Shown: positions 46,131-60,548 of the stretch, piece by piece
Numbering within the stretch: the first letter of the stretch is position 1
Layout: every line of letters starts with the position of its first letter
DNA from: the human T2T-CHM13v2.0 reference genome, Homo sapiens
Length of the DNA stretch: 64,000 nucleotides
NCBI RefSeq assembly: GCF_009914755.1
Contig: NC_060928.1
Strand: one strand, 5' to 3'
Made by a program: the position numbers and the translations under genes
The notes under the pieces: generated by a model
What the model was told of the DNA's origin: nothing
The model's input: the letters and a program-made list of their open reading frames with translations, nothing else
Database searches by the model: none

Positions 46131-48267
46131 TTTGTTTCTATGTTGAGCAATGAAGTGATATCAAAAATTACTAATATAGTGTAAGGGAGAAAACACAATT
46201 TCTTTTTTTTTTCTTTTCTTTTTTTTTTTCTTCCATTTTTAGGTTCTTAGTTGAGACACTCTCCTAAAAACAAAAGTCAGATTAAAAAGAGGAAAACAAG
46301 CAGAAGTTCATTAGTGGATGCTGCGCCCACCATGCAAGACAGGCCTCAGTTTAAAAGTATTACTCAAGCTAGCTTGGGGCCTAGATTAAATACTATATTA
46401 ACAAAGAGCCATAAATCCTACACAGTGACAAGACAAAGGAAAGAGTGGCTCCAGTCTTTTAAAAGGCAGGAAAATGTGGGAAGATCATAAAATCTGTTCC
46501 CCGAGTCCTCTGGTGCCCGCTGATGCCCTCTCTGGACCCATAAGCAAGTGCTGTCCCCAGTAAGGAAGGAAGAGTTTGCCACCAGGCAAATGGAGGCTGG
46601 GGCAGAGTGTTCCTCTGTGTTTTCAGTGTCTTTGACTTAACTCCTCAAAATTTTGGGGAGAAATATTTTAGGTTTTTTAAATGGCATTACAAAGTTCAAG
46701 CTATTTTGGCATTTAGTAGATACTCGCTACAAGTTGGGAGAATTGCGTTTATTTCATTTTTTAAAAGTGTCTTAAGTGCCTATTGTGTGACAGACACTGT
46801 GCTAGGGCAAGAAAGCATGGTGAACAAGACAGAGATTTCTACTTTCAGTAAGTTTTTATTCTGAGGAACTGTATTCGTTAGAGTTGTATAACGACCATAA
46901 CAAAAACACATAAATACTCAATTCTCAGTGGCTTAGCACAATAAAAAATGCATTCTTCACCAAGTTCATCTTAGAATAGTGTGGATTGCTGAGAAGACAG
47001 GTATTCTGTTCCATGCAGTCCTTCAGGATCCCAGCCTCCTTCCATATTTTTTTATGTCCACAAAGTCTTCTCCATTAAGCCAGCAGATTAAGAAAGAGAA
47101 AGCCAGGAGATTGCACAGGTAGTTTTTATGGCCAAGCTTGAAAGTGGTATACACTACTTTACTCACATTCCATTGACCAGACTCAGTCACATGGCCACAC
47201 CTAACTGCAAAGGGGATTGAGAAAGGTAGCACACAAGAAAAGAAAACATGATTTGGTGAACATGTAACAGCCTGTACTGCAGGAAACAGAATAAATAAGT
47301 GGATATAATCCAGTGTGGTAACTGCTGTAACATGGGGAGGTAGAGTGCCTGATAACATAGAAGAAGAATACCCAACCCAGATGGGGTTTAGGCAGGGAGA
47401 ATATCTGTACGAACTGATGTCTAAGCTGGAGCAGAAAAAAAAAGTCCATTTCTCTTTAGAATAGTGTAACTTGTTCACTAATGAGATACCCCTTGCATGA
47501 ACAATTTGTTTAAATCCAAAAACACTTTTTTACAAGGTAACCATTAGAAAACAATAAGCCCTTTTAATGGGTTGCTCTGGTTCCCTGCTTTAAGAAATAG
47601 CATAATGTGGCATACACTATTGACTGTCCAATAGCCGTTCCTTCCTTCTTCCTTGATAAGAAAATGCCAGTTTTCTTCAGCCATTAGTCAACAATGTGTT
47701 CTAGGAAAATGGGCTCTAGGAAATGGGCTATAATTGGTCTAAGCCAACCATGGTAATCCAATCCACCTTTCATTCATTCAACAAATATTTAATAAGCTCC
47801 TGCTATGTGCCAGTCTGTTCCAAGTGCTGATTGTCTTTACCAATTATAGGCATGGAGTGGGCATGTGGCCCAACTCCAGACACTGAGAGGTAAGGGAAGA
47901 CTGCTAAGGAGCTTCTGGGAAAAGGCTTTTCCTCTGTGATAAAATAAAATGAGAGATGCCTGAAAATAAAGCCAGGACCTTTCCTGTGTTTGGATGATGT
48001 CATGTAGGATGTGATGCTTGGAACTGGAGCAATCATCTTGGGACCATGAGGAGAAAGAGAAGAGAATCCCAGAAAGGATGATTGAGAGCTCTGGCCTAGT
48101 CAGGCTGTTGAATTAACTGAACCTGGAATGACCTACAGAAAAACAAAAAACCTGATATGCCACTTTCAGTTGAGTATTCAGTCACTTGTAGCAAAAAGTA
48201 TCTTAACAAGTATGCATGATTTTGAATTTTGTTTTCATTGTTTGTTGTGGATTAGAATGGGTGAATT

Positions 48268-48291
48268 TTCTTTTTTTTTTCTTTCTTTCCT

Positions 48292-48350
<59 letters not shown>

Positions 48351-48410
48351 CTTTTCTTTCTTTCTCTCTTTCTTGCTCTCTCTGTCTTTCTTTCTTTCCT
48401 TTGTTTTCTT
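48268..48410. repeat. (TTTC)n microsatellite, the expanded tail of the adjacent Alu
   Basis: Directly visible. Confidence 0.95.
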
Positions 48411-48708
48411 TTTTTGAGGTGGGGTCTCACTCAGTCACCCAGGTTAGAGTGTAGTGGCACGAGCTCGACTCACTGCAACATCTGCCCCCTGGGCTCAAGT
48501 GATCTTCCCACCTTAGCCTCCCAAGTAGCTGAGACCACAGGTGTGCACTGCCACACCCAGCTAAATTTTTTTTTTTTTTGCATTTTTGGTAGAGATGGGG
48601 TTTCTCCCTGTTTCCCAGGCTGGTCTCCAACCCCTGAGCTCTGGATATCCATCTGCCTCAGCCTCCCAAAGTGCTGGGATTATAGGCATGAGCCACCATA
48701 CCCAGCCT
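48410..48708 (-). mobile_element. AluJ
   Basis: Antisense dimer. Confidence 0.88.
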
Positions 48709-49182
48709 TGGTGAATATTTCAATAAATGGATGAAGAATCTGACTTTTTCATTTTCTTCCTAGCTGTGTTGTTGATCCTACAGGAATTTCTGTCCTAGGC
48801 ATCTTTGTGGACAACAATCATATTCCATTATCTTGTTGGCGGCCCCTTTGGCCACTGCAGATTCCCTGTTGGAAGCTGATGTGTTTGGAGCAAAGTCGCA
48901 TTCTCTATTCTGGATGAGGTTATCTTTCTCTAGGTCCCCTACCTGTGGCCCCTCAGGGAGGACTTCCAAATGAGGCTGTTTGTTTGTTTGCTTTTAATGT
49001 AGAAGAGGCGTCTCCTCATTTGAAGAGTCAGCTTTCTTTCTGTGAACCTCGTCAGCCTCCCTCTCTCCTCTCTCTCTTTCCTCCTCTTTTGTTTTTTTGT
49101 TTTTTTTCCCCCACCATGCAATGAGTTGGGCTGTGAGCTATACTTTGTGGCTGGTGAGATTTTTGGAGGCCTCCCCGAACCT

Positions 49183-49536
49183 TGTGTCCCCTCTCGAACC
49201 TCATCTTGAGTTGTAATCCCCAGGTGTTGAGGGAGGAATTAGGTGGGAAGTGATTGGACCATGGAATTGGTTTCCCCCATGCTGTTCTCATGATAGTGAG
49301 TGAGTTCTCATGAATCTGATGGTTTGGTAAGGCAGTTTTCCCTGCTCTTGCTAGCTCTGTCTTATCTGCCGCAATGTAAAGAACGTCTTTGCTTCCCCTT
49401 TGCCTTCCGCCATGACTGTAAGTTTCCTGAGGCCTCCTTAGCCATGTGGAATTGTGAGTCAATTAAACCTCTTTTCCTTATAAATTACCCAGTCTCAGGT
49501 AGTACCTTTGTAGCAGTGTGAGAATGGACTAATACA
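49183..49536 (+). mobile_element. MST/THE1 LTR
   Basis: ...gtaatccccaggtgttgagggagg...gaatggactaataca. Confidence 0.82.
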
Positions 49537-50533
49537 CTTGTTCAAAACAGAAACCTGGCAAACTTCATGCCCTAATTTAGAACTTTCTGCCTGAACTCAG
49601 TGGAAGCCCAGCTGAGGAATTAATTGGTATGTCAATAATACTTGAACTGAATATTGAAAATATTTTGGAATAAGCTTTAATTTTGGAATAAGTAGGTCAA
49701 ATAGCTTTTTACTGGAATGATTTGGCCTAGATTCACAGATATTTTGGATGCCACTGCTTCTCACTATCTTGATGATGACAACAAAGGGGATATCTTTTCT
49801 ATGCACTGTGAGACTTGGGTGCTAGTGCATGTTCGCTCTGCTTATAATCTAAAAGATCATCCTTTGGGACTTACATGTCTTTCCATTTCTTATGTTATTG
49901 GCTGTTTTGACTAGTAGCTATCATTTGAGGAAGAAGGATTGGATAGGTCAGGATATTGACAGAAAATAGATGGCAGAGGTAATTGAAGGCAGTTTAATGA
50001 AGGAACTCTACAAAGGTATGAAGAATATTAAGGGACACCAACAAGGGATAGTGAAGCATTGGGGCTAACAACAGTTACCACCTCTAGGCTTGGGTCAAAG
50101 GGAGGGTCAAGGGGAAGAAGATGTTACCAAAAGCTGGAGAGACCTGTAGCTGTGTAGAGGGCCCTCCTGATAGAGGCCATTGTCTTGAGAAGAAGAACGT
50201 AGTCACTGCTAAACTGCAAGTCTAGAAGCCCAGAGCTGCAGCAGATTTGAGGGAGTTGGAAATAAACCACTGCTTTGAAGACACTAAGACTGGAGGTTGT
50301 TTGTTAGTGCAGTTAAACCTAGTATTTCCTGAATAATGCAGAGACTCAGGCTCTTTCTGCATGGCTGTCCTCCAACCCTAAGGTGTTGCTGTCACCCATG
50401 CAGCTTCGACAGTAAGATGGCTCATTACTATGCTTGCATTCTAGGAAGTGGGAAGGAGAAACAGGAAAGCATACTTATTCCTTTTAGAGGCATGACCCTG
50501 AAGTGCACATATTACTTTCTTGGCCACACGTAA

Positions 50534-50838
50534 TGTTCTAGTTATCTATTGCTGCATAACGAATTATCCCAAAGCTTAGCAGATTAAAACAACAAACATT
50601 TATGATATCAAATAATTTCAGGAGCAGCTTAGCTGAGTGGTAGTGGCTAAGGCGCTGCAGTTATCTGAAGGCTCAACAGGGTCTGGAGGATGTACTTCTA
50701 AGCTTACTTACTTGGTTGTTGGCAGAGCTCACCTCCTCACTGGCTGTTGTCAGGAGGCCTCTGTTCTTTGCCACATGAGCTTCTCAACATGTAGAGCTGC
50801 TCAACATGCTTCTCCCAGAGCAAGTAATCCCAGGGGGA

Positions 50839-50869
<31 letters not shown>

Positions 50870-51050
50870 GAAAGCTTAGTGTCCTTTAGAACCTAATCTC
50901 AGAAGTGACCTAGAAGTATTTCTGCTTAATTGTGTTAGTCAATTCTGTGGCACAATGTACCAATTCTGTGGCACAATGTGGGCAGGGACTATGCAGAGGT
51001 GTGAATACCAGGAGGCAGAGATTGTTGGAGGCATCTTGGGGGCTGGCTAA
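50534..51050 (-). mobile_element. MLT1-type LTR with internal (GA)n
   Basis: agttatctattgctgcataac...aaaacaacaaacattta...gtgtgaataccaggaggcag. Confidence 0.7.
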
Positions 51051-51960
51051 AAACCTGACTATAAAGTAAGTGAGAAAACGTAGACTTTAGACACGCAGCC
51101 ATCTCCCAGATAAAACTACTGAAAGAAGGGAAAAAGAGCTAGGGGACAATCAGAATTCTCTCCCTTAACCTGCCCTTCTAGCTACATAAATACACATATG
51201 TAGTCTCCTTTTCATACATGAATACATGAAATGAAACTATTTCTCTAGATTACAGTTCCTGTGCCCCTGAGGATTCTTCCTCTTAGGGTCACTATCCCAG
51301 GACACTTGACTTCTTCACTCCCAGAGAATGCCAAGTTTCTATCTAAAGAGCTTTTTTTTTTTTTTTTTTTTTTTTTTACAGGAGTGGGAAGAGAGAGCTT
51401 CTATCTGGAAGAAGAAAGAAAGAAGAAAGAAACGCCTTCTGCATTACTAATCTGGAACGCTAGGGCTGATTCATATGAACCATGAGTCAGTTTGTCATTG
51501 CATTTAGTAGTTGGATGAGTTATATAAGTTGAGATTCAAATAAACGTTTCTTATGTTTTTCTAAGTTTAGTTGGCAGACTCTTCTAAGAAGCCACATTGA
51601 TATTTGTTTACAGGAGCACATTCCTCATGCAGCAGCACTCACTATCTGTAATGATACAATTGTCTTGGTGAAGGTAAAGGAGAGGGTCTCTAGGAACCTT
51701 TGCTCCTCTGTTTCTATAATTGTTTCTATAGAGCTCACCAGGCTCATAATGCCAGGTTTCATAAAACCAAAAATCTTATCTCCTGCCTTGCCAATATAAG
51801 CTGTGGCTGATGTCCCGGATCCTTGCCTGACTTGTGTCCACTTCACTACCTCTTAGCACGTCCATCATGGGAAAAGAATGTGAAGTTTCAAATTATTTGT
51901 ATTATTACCACAATTGTTATTAGTCACTCTGACATTGAGTTGAGACAAGGATACATTTGA

Positions 51961-52246
<286 letters not shown>

Positions 52247-52357
52247 ATATGAGGTTTTTAAAGGACCTTTCAGTGGACAATAGAAGATGTGGAACAAAGT
52301 TTACACATGAGGACCAGAGTTGAGAGAGAGTAGCAAAAAGTCTCCAAGAAGGTAACA

Positions 52358-52800
52358 GGCCAGGTGCAGTGGCTCACACCTGTAATCCCAGCACACTGGG
52401 AGATGAGGCAGAAAGATTGCTTGAGCCCAGAAGTTCGTGACCAGCTTGGGCTGTCAAGAAAGAAAAAAAATAGCCACGTGTGGTGGCAGGTGCCTGTAAT
52501 CCCAGCTACTCTGAAGGCTAAGGCAGGAGGATCCCTTGATCCAGGGAGATCAAGGCTGCAGTGAGCTATGATTGCACCACCATATTCTATGTAGCCTGGG
52601 TGACAAAGCAAGATTATGTCTCTATTTGTTTTTTAATTTTAAATTTTGAAATAGAGATGAGGTCTCACTATTGCCCAGGCTGGTCTCAAAGTCCTGGGCT
52701 CAAGCGATCTGCCCACCTCAGCCTCCCACAGTTCTGGGATTACAGGTGTGAACCACCATGCCCAGCTGAGACCTTTTCTCTTAAAAAAAAAAAAAAAGAG
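52358..52800. mobile_element. Sense AluJ followed by an antisense Alu monomer and an orphan Alu tail
   Basis: Sense 52358-52622, antisense ~52625-52766, then gagaccttttctctt plus A-run. Confidence 0.8.
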
Positions 52801-53361
52801 GGTAACTTATCTGCCATACATTTGTATATAGTTTTAAAAATTATGTAACCCCTTGAGGTCCATAAATTCTCCACTTGTCAGGGGTTATCTTTTCTTTTAG
52901 TATGTAAAAATAATTTTTCTCAAGTTCCCATTGGCTGAGAAAAATCTAGTGCTACTTCTGGTTACCTCTTACTATGAATCTCTGGTTCCCCTATATTCTT
53001 AATTACACTAGGGGCTGAGATTCCTCCCTCCATGCACTTCTCTCTTCCTTTATTTGCTCTCCCATTAGTAAGGGCTCTTTTTTATTACAAATGACAGATA
53101 CACTGAGAAAGGGATTCACTAGTTCACAGAGCCAGGAAGGCTGGGGTAGCCCAGGGAAGAGTGGGAACCAAGGCCTCAGGACTTTCTCATTCCCATCTGC
53201 CTGGCTTCATTCCCTCCCTTTACAGAATGGCTTTCTCCATGAGTCCGAGTCAAAGGCTACCTGCAGCCCCAGCCCTCCATCTTCACAACTCTCCATGAAA
53301 GGTGACAATGTAGAACCATCTCTCCAGGTCCAATTGCAACAATTCTGGCAAAGGACTTTGG

Positions 53362-53492
53362 CCCAGCCTAGGCAACATAGTGAGATCCCATCTCAAGAAA
53401 AAAAAAAAATTAGCCAGGTATGGTGGTGCATGCCTGTAGCCCAAGCTACTAGAGAAGTTAAGGTAGGAGGATCCCTTGAACCTGGGAGGTCG
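53362..53492 (+). mobile_element. Alu internal fragment
   Basis: ccagcctaggcaacatagtgaga...cttgaacctgggagg. Confidence 0.75.
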
Positions 53493-54132
53493 AGAGCCCA
53501 TACTTGGTTCAGTTCATGTATGCCAAGGGTTATGACGCTGTCATTGGCCAGCCTGGGTCTAACTGTCATGGGGGGAGAAATCTGGGGAACTGTGATTAAC
53601 GGCTCTATCAGGACCACATGAAGTAGAAGTAGTTCCCCAAATGTGAAGGTGCTATTACCAGAAAAGAGGCAGACAGAAGCCAGCACTTTCACTGTCTACG
53701 GCCTCCTGCAAGCGCGGCTCAAGCAGATCCTTCCCCAATCCCTAAAGCATCACCAGTACAAGGCCATTTTGTGAGACAGAGCTGTTGGGAAGGTTGAAGA
53801 CAGCAAAAAACAATTACAGCATAGTGACAGCAAGCCCAGCACTGTATAGATAGTCATTGAAAATAGAACATTTGATATTTTAAAGTTCCTAAGCCCAGTC
53901 CACCAGCCTCTCACTGGTGCCTTCTGGGTCAGCTGACATTGTGCCTGCCGTCCCTTACCAAATCGTTCTCCTCCACCTCTCCATTCTCCAAGTGCCCATG
54001 GATCCTAAACGTCATCCTACCTGAATCTCCGTGGGACAAATGGTATTTTATTGTGCACAGCCACTGAGTTCTTTTTTCCTCGTCTTCTAGACCTATATTT
54101 CACAGCCCCCAAAACTATTAAGATGTTTTCCT

Positions 54133-54433
54133 AGGCCGGGTGTGGTGGCTTATGCCTATAATCCCAGCACTTTGGGAGACTGAGGCGGGCAGGCCACCTG
54201 AGGTCAGGAGTTCCAGATCAGCCTGGCCAACACGGTAAACGCCTGTCTCTATTAAAAACACAAAAATTGGCTGGGTGTGGTGGCATGCGCCTATAATCCC
54301 AGCTACTGGGGAGGCTGAGGCAGGAGAATCGCATGAACTCGGGAGGCAAAGGTTGCAGTGAGCCGAGATTTGAGCCATTGCACTCCAGTCTGGGCAATAA
54401 GAGCAAAACTTCATCTCAAATAAAAAAAAAAAA
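54133..54433 (+). mobile_element. Alu (AluS-like)
   Basis: TSD atgttttcct. Confidence 0.92.
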
Positions 54434-55561
54434 TATGTTTTCCTGAACAAGACAGCCAATTTTTTCCTTAGGAAGCATCCTTCCATCCTCTCAGAACAAT
54501 GGTTCAATCTGCTGCTAGCTTCTGAATTAAGTTCTTCTCCCTGTTGCATGTGTATTTATGCATAGAAAACATGCCTTCCCCCAATATGATATAGCATAAT
54601 ATTAAGGTTAGTAAGACGTTACCTCTGTGTGGTGGGATCATGGGTAATTTTTTACAGTGTTTTAAACATTTATTAGTTTCATTAGGCAGGGGTTTCCCTC
54701 TCCCTAATTTTTGGAGCCCGATCATGTGTAATTTTTATGAGTTTTGTTGGTTTTATCATTTCTTTCTTTTCTTTTTTTGCTTATTTCTATTTCTACAATG
54801 AACAACTGAAAATGGTACAAGGCAAGAAAGGAGTGAAGAACAGAACCTGCTGCTTAAGTCCCTTTTATCAAGAAATGCAAAAGCCTTCCCCAAAGGCTTT
54901 TTGACCTCCCGCCTTTGACCTGATCCTTGTTGGATAGACTGTGTCATGTGACCACACAGCCTCAAGGGAGAATGGAAAAGAGAGGATTTAATGTTTCCAG
55001 CCCTTACAGTCTCATGAAAGAAGTGTGACAACAGAGAAGGGGCTTGGGTATGATGATGGGTCCAGCTAACCTACAGTGTCTGCAACTGCACACCTAGAAT
55101 ACAAGGTGGAGACAGAGGGCACTGTGCAGTTTTTCTGAGTCTAGGGTGGGCATTATTGTTTTGGTGTATGACCCTGGGTGTCCAAAAGAGACTCCTGACA
55201 ATAAAACTTAGAGTTCTGGGTTCTTGTGAAGACTTATCTCAGGCATCAAAGTAAACCTTGCCCTGTCTGTTAGTACTTTGTAGCAGTAGCAATTATTATG
55301 ACTATTTACAAAGTGCTTTTTAAAAATTTAGTAGAATGTTGCTATCCCTGTTTCACAGTTGAAAAAGCAAACTCAAGGAGATTAGTACTGGTTACATACT
55401 TGCATTTAAAAGGACACTGAACCCTCATTCCCTCCCATCACATGCCATTCAAGGACTCTAGACTATTGGGCAGAGGAAGTGATTCTTTTACCATAAATGG
55501 GGCTTCTGGGCCCAAGTTAAAGGCACACTCTCTGCCCAGCTGGTTTTGTCCTGGATTGTTC

Positions 55562-55860
<299 letters not shown>

Positions 55861-56701
55861 GTTGCTCTGGATTGTTCTTGAATCATCTCTCTAGTGTGTT
55901 GGAAAGACTTCTGACCTGGATCTTAGACCTGGTTTAGTATTCCTCTCATTGCCTGACATGGACCAATCACCATACTCAGTCTGCTTTGTCCACAATTTAG
56001 ATCCCCACTACTTAGGTTGCAGGAGAGGATGCTAGATATGAGTCTGTTTTGCTCAGACCCTGGTGCACTGTGTATTTGTTGTCAGAAGAAAAGTTTTAAG
56101 ATACAGGAAGAGGAAGCTTGCCCAGGGATGTTTAATAGGATCTTGTAAACATCTGTATTCTAAATAAATAATTGTTAGTGTTTCCACTTTTGGTTTCTTA
56201 ATTTTAGAGAACCAGAAAGACTGTTCCTGAACTAGAGGTAAGAGTTCAGAAGTGTATACCTGTGTCATCCCAGGCTGGATTAGCAGGTGTAGTTATCAGC
56301 CTTTCCAATATCCATCTTTCCCTTCTTCCTTACGAACAGAACCCTAATTTTGCTCAAGGCAGCACTATGCTCATTTACAAGTGCCCCAATTCCCAGACTC
56401 CCTTGCAGCTAGGAGTGGCCATGTGACTCACTTTGGCCAATGTGATGTAGGTGGAAGTTGTTAGGTGGGGGCTTCCAGGAAATCTTTTTAGAGAGGAAAG
56501 TCTTAGCTGGCATTTGCCCTATGCTTTCCCTCCCTCTTTCTCTTCATTTTGTTTGAAAGGCAGATGCAGTGTCCAAGTATCCATGAATACAAAAGCTGTG
56601 TACTACAGATAGTAAAATGGGAAGATGGAATGACCCCAGCTCCTTGACAACATTAGGGAGCTACTCTAACAGCCCTGGATTACCTACCTGGTGATGTCTT
56701 A

Positions 56702-57050
<349 letters not shown>

Positions 57051-57145
57051 AAACAAAGAAACAAGCCTATTTGCTTAATCCATTGTAATCAAGTCACTCT
57101 TCCATGCAATCAAACACAGTCTTAACTGATAGACTATTAAAATGG

Positions 57146-57518
57146 TGTCTTACTCTGTTTGGCTGCTATAACAAAATATCTTAGATTGGGTAATTTGTAA
57201 ACAACATAAATTTATTGCTCGCAGTTCTGGAGGCTGGTAACTCCAAGATCAAGGCACCAGCAGACTATGGTGAGCCCTCAATCTGGTGAGGGTCCATTCC
57301 TCCCAGGTGCTTCCTATGTATCCTCACATGACAGAATGGCAAACAAGCTTGCTCAGGCCTCTTTTATAAGGCAGTAATCCCATTCATGAGGGTGGAGCCC
57401 TCATGACCTGGTCACCTCCCAAAAGCCCCACCTCCTAATATCACCACCATAGGGATTAAGTTTCAACATATGAATTTTGTTGGGGGCCGGGGGGATGGGA
57501 CACATTCAGGCCATAGCA
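57146..57518 (-). mobile_element. MLT1A/MST-type LTR
   Basis: tgtcttactctgtttggctgctataacaaaata...cattcaggccatagca. Confidence 0.8.
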
Positions 57519-57576
57519 GACATCTAGTGTGCTATGATAGTAAATGAATGCAAATTGAGTGTAGAGTTTGTTAGAA

Positions 57577-57740
57577 CAGTGCTGCTCCAACTTCCACGTG
57601 CATATAAACCGCTTGAGGGCCTTCTTAAAAATGCAGGTTCTGATTCACTGGGTCTGGAACGGGGTTTGAGATTCTGCATTTCTCACCAGGTTGAAGCTAA
57701 TGCTGATGAGGCTGGTCCTGGAACACACTTTGAGTAGCAA
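57577..57740. mobile_element. MER5A-like MITE
   Basis: cagtgctgctccaac...gagattctgcatttct...cacactttgagtagca. Confidence 0.75.
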
Positions 57741-57859
57741 GGATTTAGAAAATGGCAGCTCTCCTGGTCAGTCAGCTCCTACCACATAGGAGCTATTATT
57801 TTGTTTCTCTTTGATATGTTTCTTATTTCGTTAAAAACCTGCAGAGAACTCACTCAGTG

Positions 57860-58585
57860 CATCTTCAACAAAAAGTTAAGGTTTTATTTAGAATATCATT
57901 TTAGAGACAAAAAGCAGTTCACTTTATTTAGCAAAATAAACTTAACCAATGCATTTAAATATAGTAAATTCAAGAACTTTGGTGGTTTTTTTTCTTAGAT
58001 GCTTGCTTTTTTGCCAGTTGGAGTTTCTGTCTTCTGGCCCAACAGGCTTCTTTCCAAGTTAATGCAGCTATATTCCAAGGAAGTGTTTTATGAAATCTGA
58101 ATACTCAAACACCCCTTCTGTATTTTCACTCAACCATCATTGTATTAGATGATACATAAGGAAAGTGACTTAGGGAAGTAAGTTCAGAAGGAAATGTGTT
58201 CCCTTCTCCCTCATATTATCTTTTCAACAGAGGCCTGGATTGCTAAATGGATTATGAAAGCAAATTGCTACTGGGAGGTGATGGTCAAAAGCAAACTTAG
58301 ATGGTTTTCACACCATCTGTCATCATGACTCAAAGGGAAATGCTAGCCACACCATTTTTCCAGTGAAGCCACTGCTTTACACAGAAGATACACATAGCTT
58401 CCTATTGTTATTTTCTTTTCTAATTATGTACATTTAGAAAAAAAATACAACACTGTGTTAAACAGCAGGACAGCTAGCAATGGAACATACAACACTATGC
58501 TGAAAAACCACAACAGCTTGGTTAAGCGGAGGAGAGAAACAGAGATGGCCTTCATGGAGTGAAGCTGTCAATGCCTGCCATCTCC
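57860..58585 (-). other. HOPX: HOPX 3'UTR (3' end approximate)
   Basis: Unique sequence downstream of the stop; minus-strand AATAAA at 57923-57928 and 57883-57888. Confidence 0.7.
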
Positions 58586-58663
58586 TTAGTCTGTGACGGA
58601 TCTGCACTCTGAGGGCAGGCCTTCTGAGCGCCGCCACTTTGCCAGGCGCTGCTTAAACCATTT
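58586..58663 (-). CDS. HOPX: HOPX (homeodomain-only protein) last coding exon KWFKQRLAKWRRSEGLPSECRSVTD*
   Basis: Matches the recalled HOPX C-terminus; AG acceptor at 58664-58665 with pyrimidine tract; TAA at 58586-58588; too short for the ORF track. Confidence 0.96.
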   Translation of the reverse strand, partial: KWFKQRLAKWRRSEGLPSECRSVTD

Positions 58664-58811
58664 CTGGAAGAGAGAAATGAGAAAAAATATTTGTCACATA
58701 CAGAAAAACTGAAATGCCTGTTCCCTTTCTAAAAGGTAGCCTCTGTGGCACAAGTGGAAAGGAGAGAATCAAGGAATGTTCCCATAGGGATGGTTCTCAC
58801 TGTGACACTAA

Positions 58812-59195
58812 ACTTTCCTGCCTCAGGACCTTTGCACATGCTATTTCCTATGTTTAGAATATTCTCTCTTTATTCTTTATCTGATGATCTCCCTGTCATC
58901 CTCACATCTCAGCTTAAACAGGACCTTCTCAATGAAGCCTTCCCTGATCACTCTATCTAAAATGGGTTTCCCACTCATCTCCTTACTTCCCAATTTAGTA
59001 TTTTGTTACTTTCACAGAACTTTTAGCATCTGTCATGATTTACTTGTGTATTCACTTGTTTTAAATCTATATTCCCTTCTAGAATGTAAGATCCATGAAA
59101 GCAGAGACTGTATTCATCCTATCACCATTGCATCCTTAGCCACTAGTACAAAGGTTTAAGAGTTAGAAATTAATCAATATTTGCTGAATAAATAA
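58812..59195. mobile_element. L2 3' fragment
   Basis: cctgcctcaggacctttgcacatgct...ctagaatgtaagatccatga...aatatttgctgaataaat. Confidence 0.75.
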
Positions 59196-60548
59196 AAGAA
59201 GTTAAAGCATCTCCTTAATGCCCCAGATAGATCTCTATGGCTGCTGTATTTCATCAATGTATGCTCAGCTCACCAAAGGCCTTCCTCATTGGTAGCAGTT
59301 AGTAAGAATTTGTTGAATAAGATTAATAGGTAACTGAGCGCTGCACAACCTCAGAGCACTCCTTGGGGATGCATGGAGTAGGCCAGCCCAATCTATCCTG
59401 CTCCAGGACCACTGAGCAGTGAGAGAAGCTAAAGTGGGCCTACCACCTTACTCAGAATCTCTCAGCTCCGTATGACTCAAATATTCACACCTTACAGAAG
59501 TGACCATGGATGTACAGAAGGCCCCAGATGGGATGTTTCTAGACACGGTATCATATGAGGCCTAGAACATGCCTATATGTTGTAAGGCAGTGTGGTATAC
59601 CCTTGAGAAATCAGTGGCTGCCTTTATCTTGCTAACCGGGGTGGTACAGAGCTCCCCAAAGAGGAGAACAGGAGAACCATGCTGGGGATAGGGCCAGGGT
59701 CTGGACCAGGTTGATCAAGAGGAAACTGGGAATAAAAAACAAAGCAAAACAACTTTGAAGAGAGACTAGTGAGGAAACAGATGAGCAAGCATTGACCTAC
59801 ATTGGAGAGGATGAGGACAGAGCTCTATGGGAAGTCAGCACCTCCCCCAAGCTCTGTTCTCCTGTGCTTCCCAACCATTCACATGTCATGGGGTACATTG
59901 AGAAGGACAATATTTGTGTGTCACTGGTGTGTAGGCAGGCTGTGTGGTAGGTGACCACCCAGGGCTCTGCAGCCCTGGGCTCTGCCAACAGGAAGCTCTA
60001 GAGTAACTAATTGGCTATGAGAACTTGAGGAAGTCCCTAAAAATAGAGCACCAATCATCTGTAAATAAAAACGTAAGCTTAGGGGGTTTCTACTGTCCCT
60101 TCTGGTATTTCTATAATTCACCTGTTCTAGGGGTAAGGGGACGAGGAACAGGAAGGAAGCAGAAAGAGCACAGCTGTGAGATGCCAGATCTGGGATGTGC
60201 TGATGGAGATGGGATGGTGAGAAACCTCTAGAGGGCTCCCCACATAGCATGGCTTGATGCCTATACAGATACTCAGAATGAACAGGATGGGCTCTAGGAA
60301 GCTGAAAGGGAATTCAGTATATAAGCCCAAGATCAGAAGAAAGTGTGAGAATCACAGGGGGAGAAGGAGCAAGGCCTAGAGGAGAGGCTGTTGAGCTTGA
60401 ATGGGGGTAAGGCTCTGCAGGACTGCTTTGGGCTCCACATCAATGCTAAGCAGGCTGAATAGCATGGGAACACACCTACACCTCACCCACCTGTACAGCA
60501 GAGTTTACACACTGAAATCCTTTACACAGTTGTCAAGATCTTACATAC

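Noticed and set aside
48128-48734. Phe/Leu/Ser-rich and Lys/Glu/Arg-rich ORFs
   Set aside because: Translations of the (TTTC)n microsatellite and the adjacent Alu
51625-51846. 73-aa minus-strand ORF in apparently unique sequence
   Set aside because: No recognisable homology, splice context, poly(A) or TSD; length is compatible with chance
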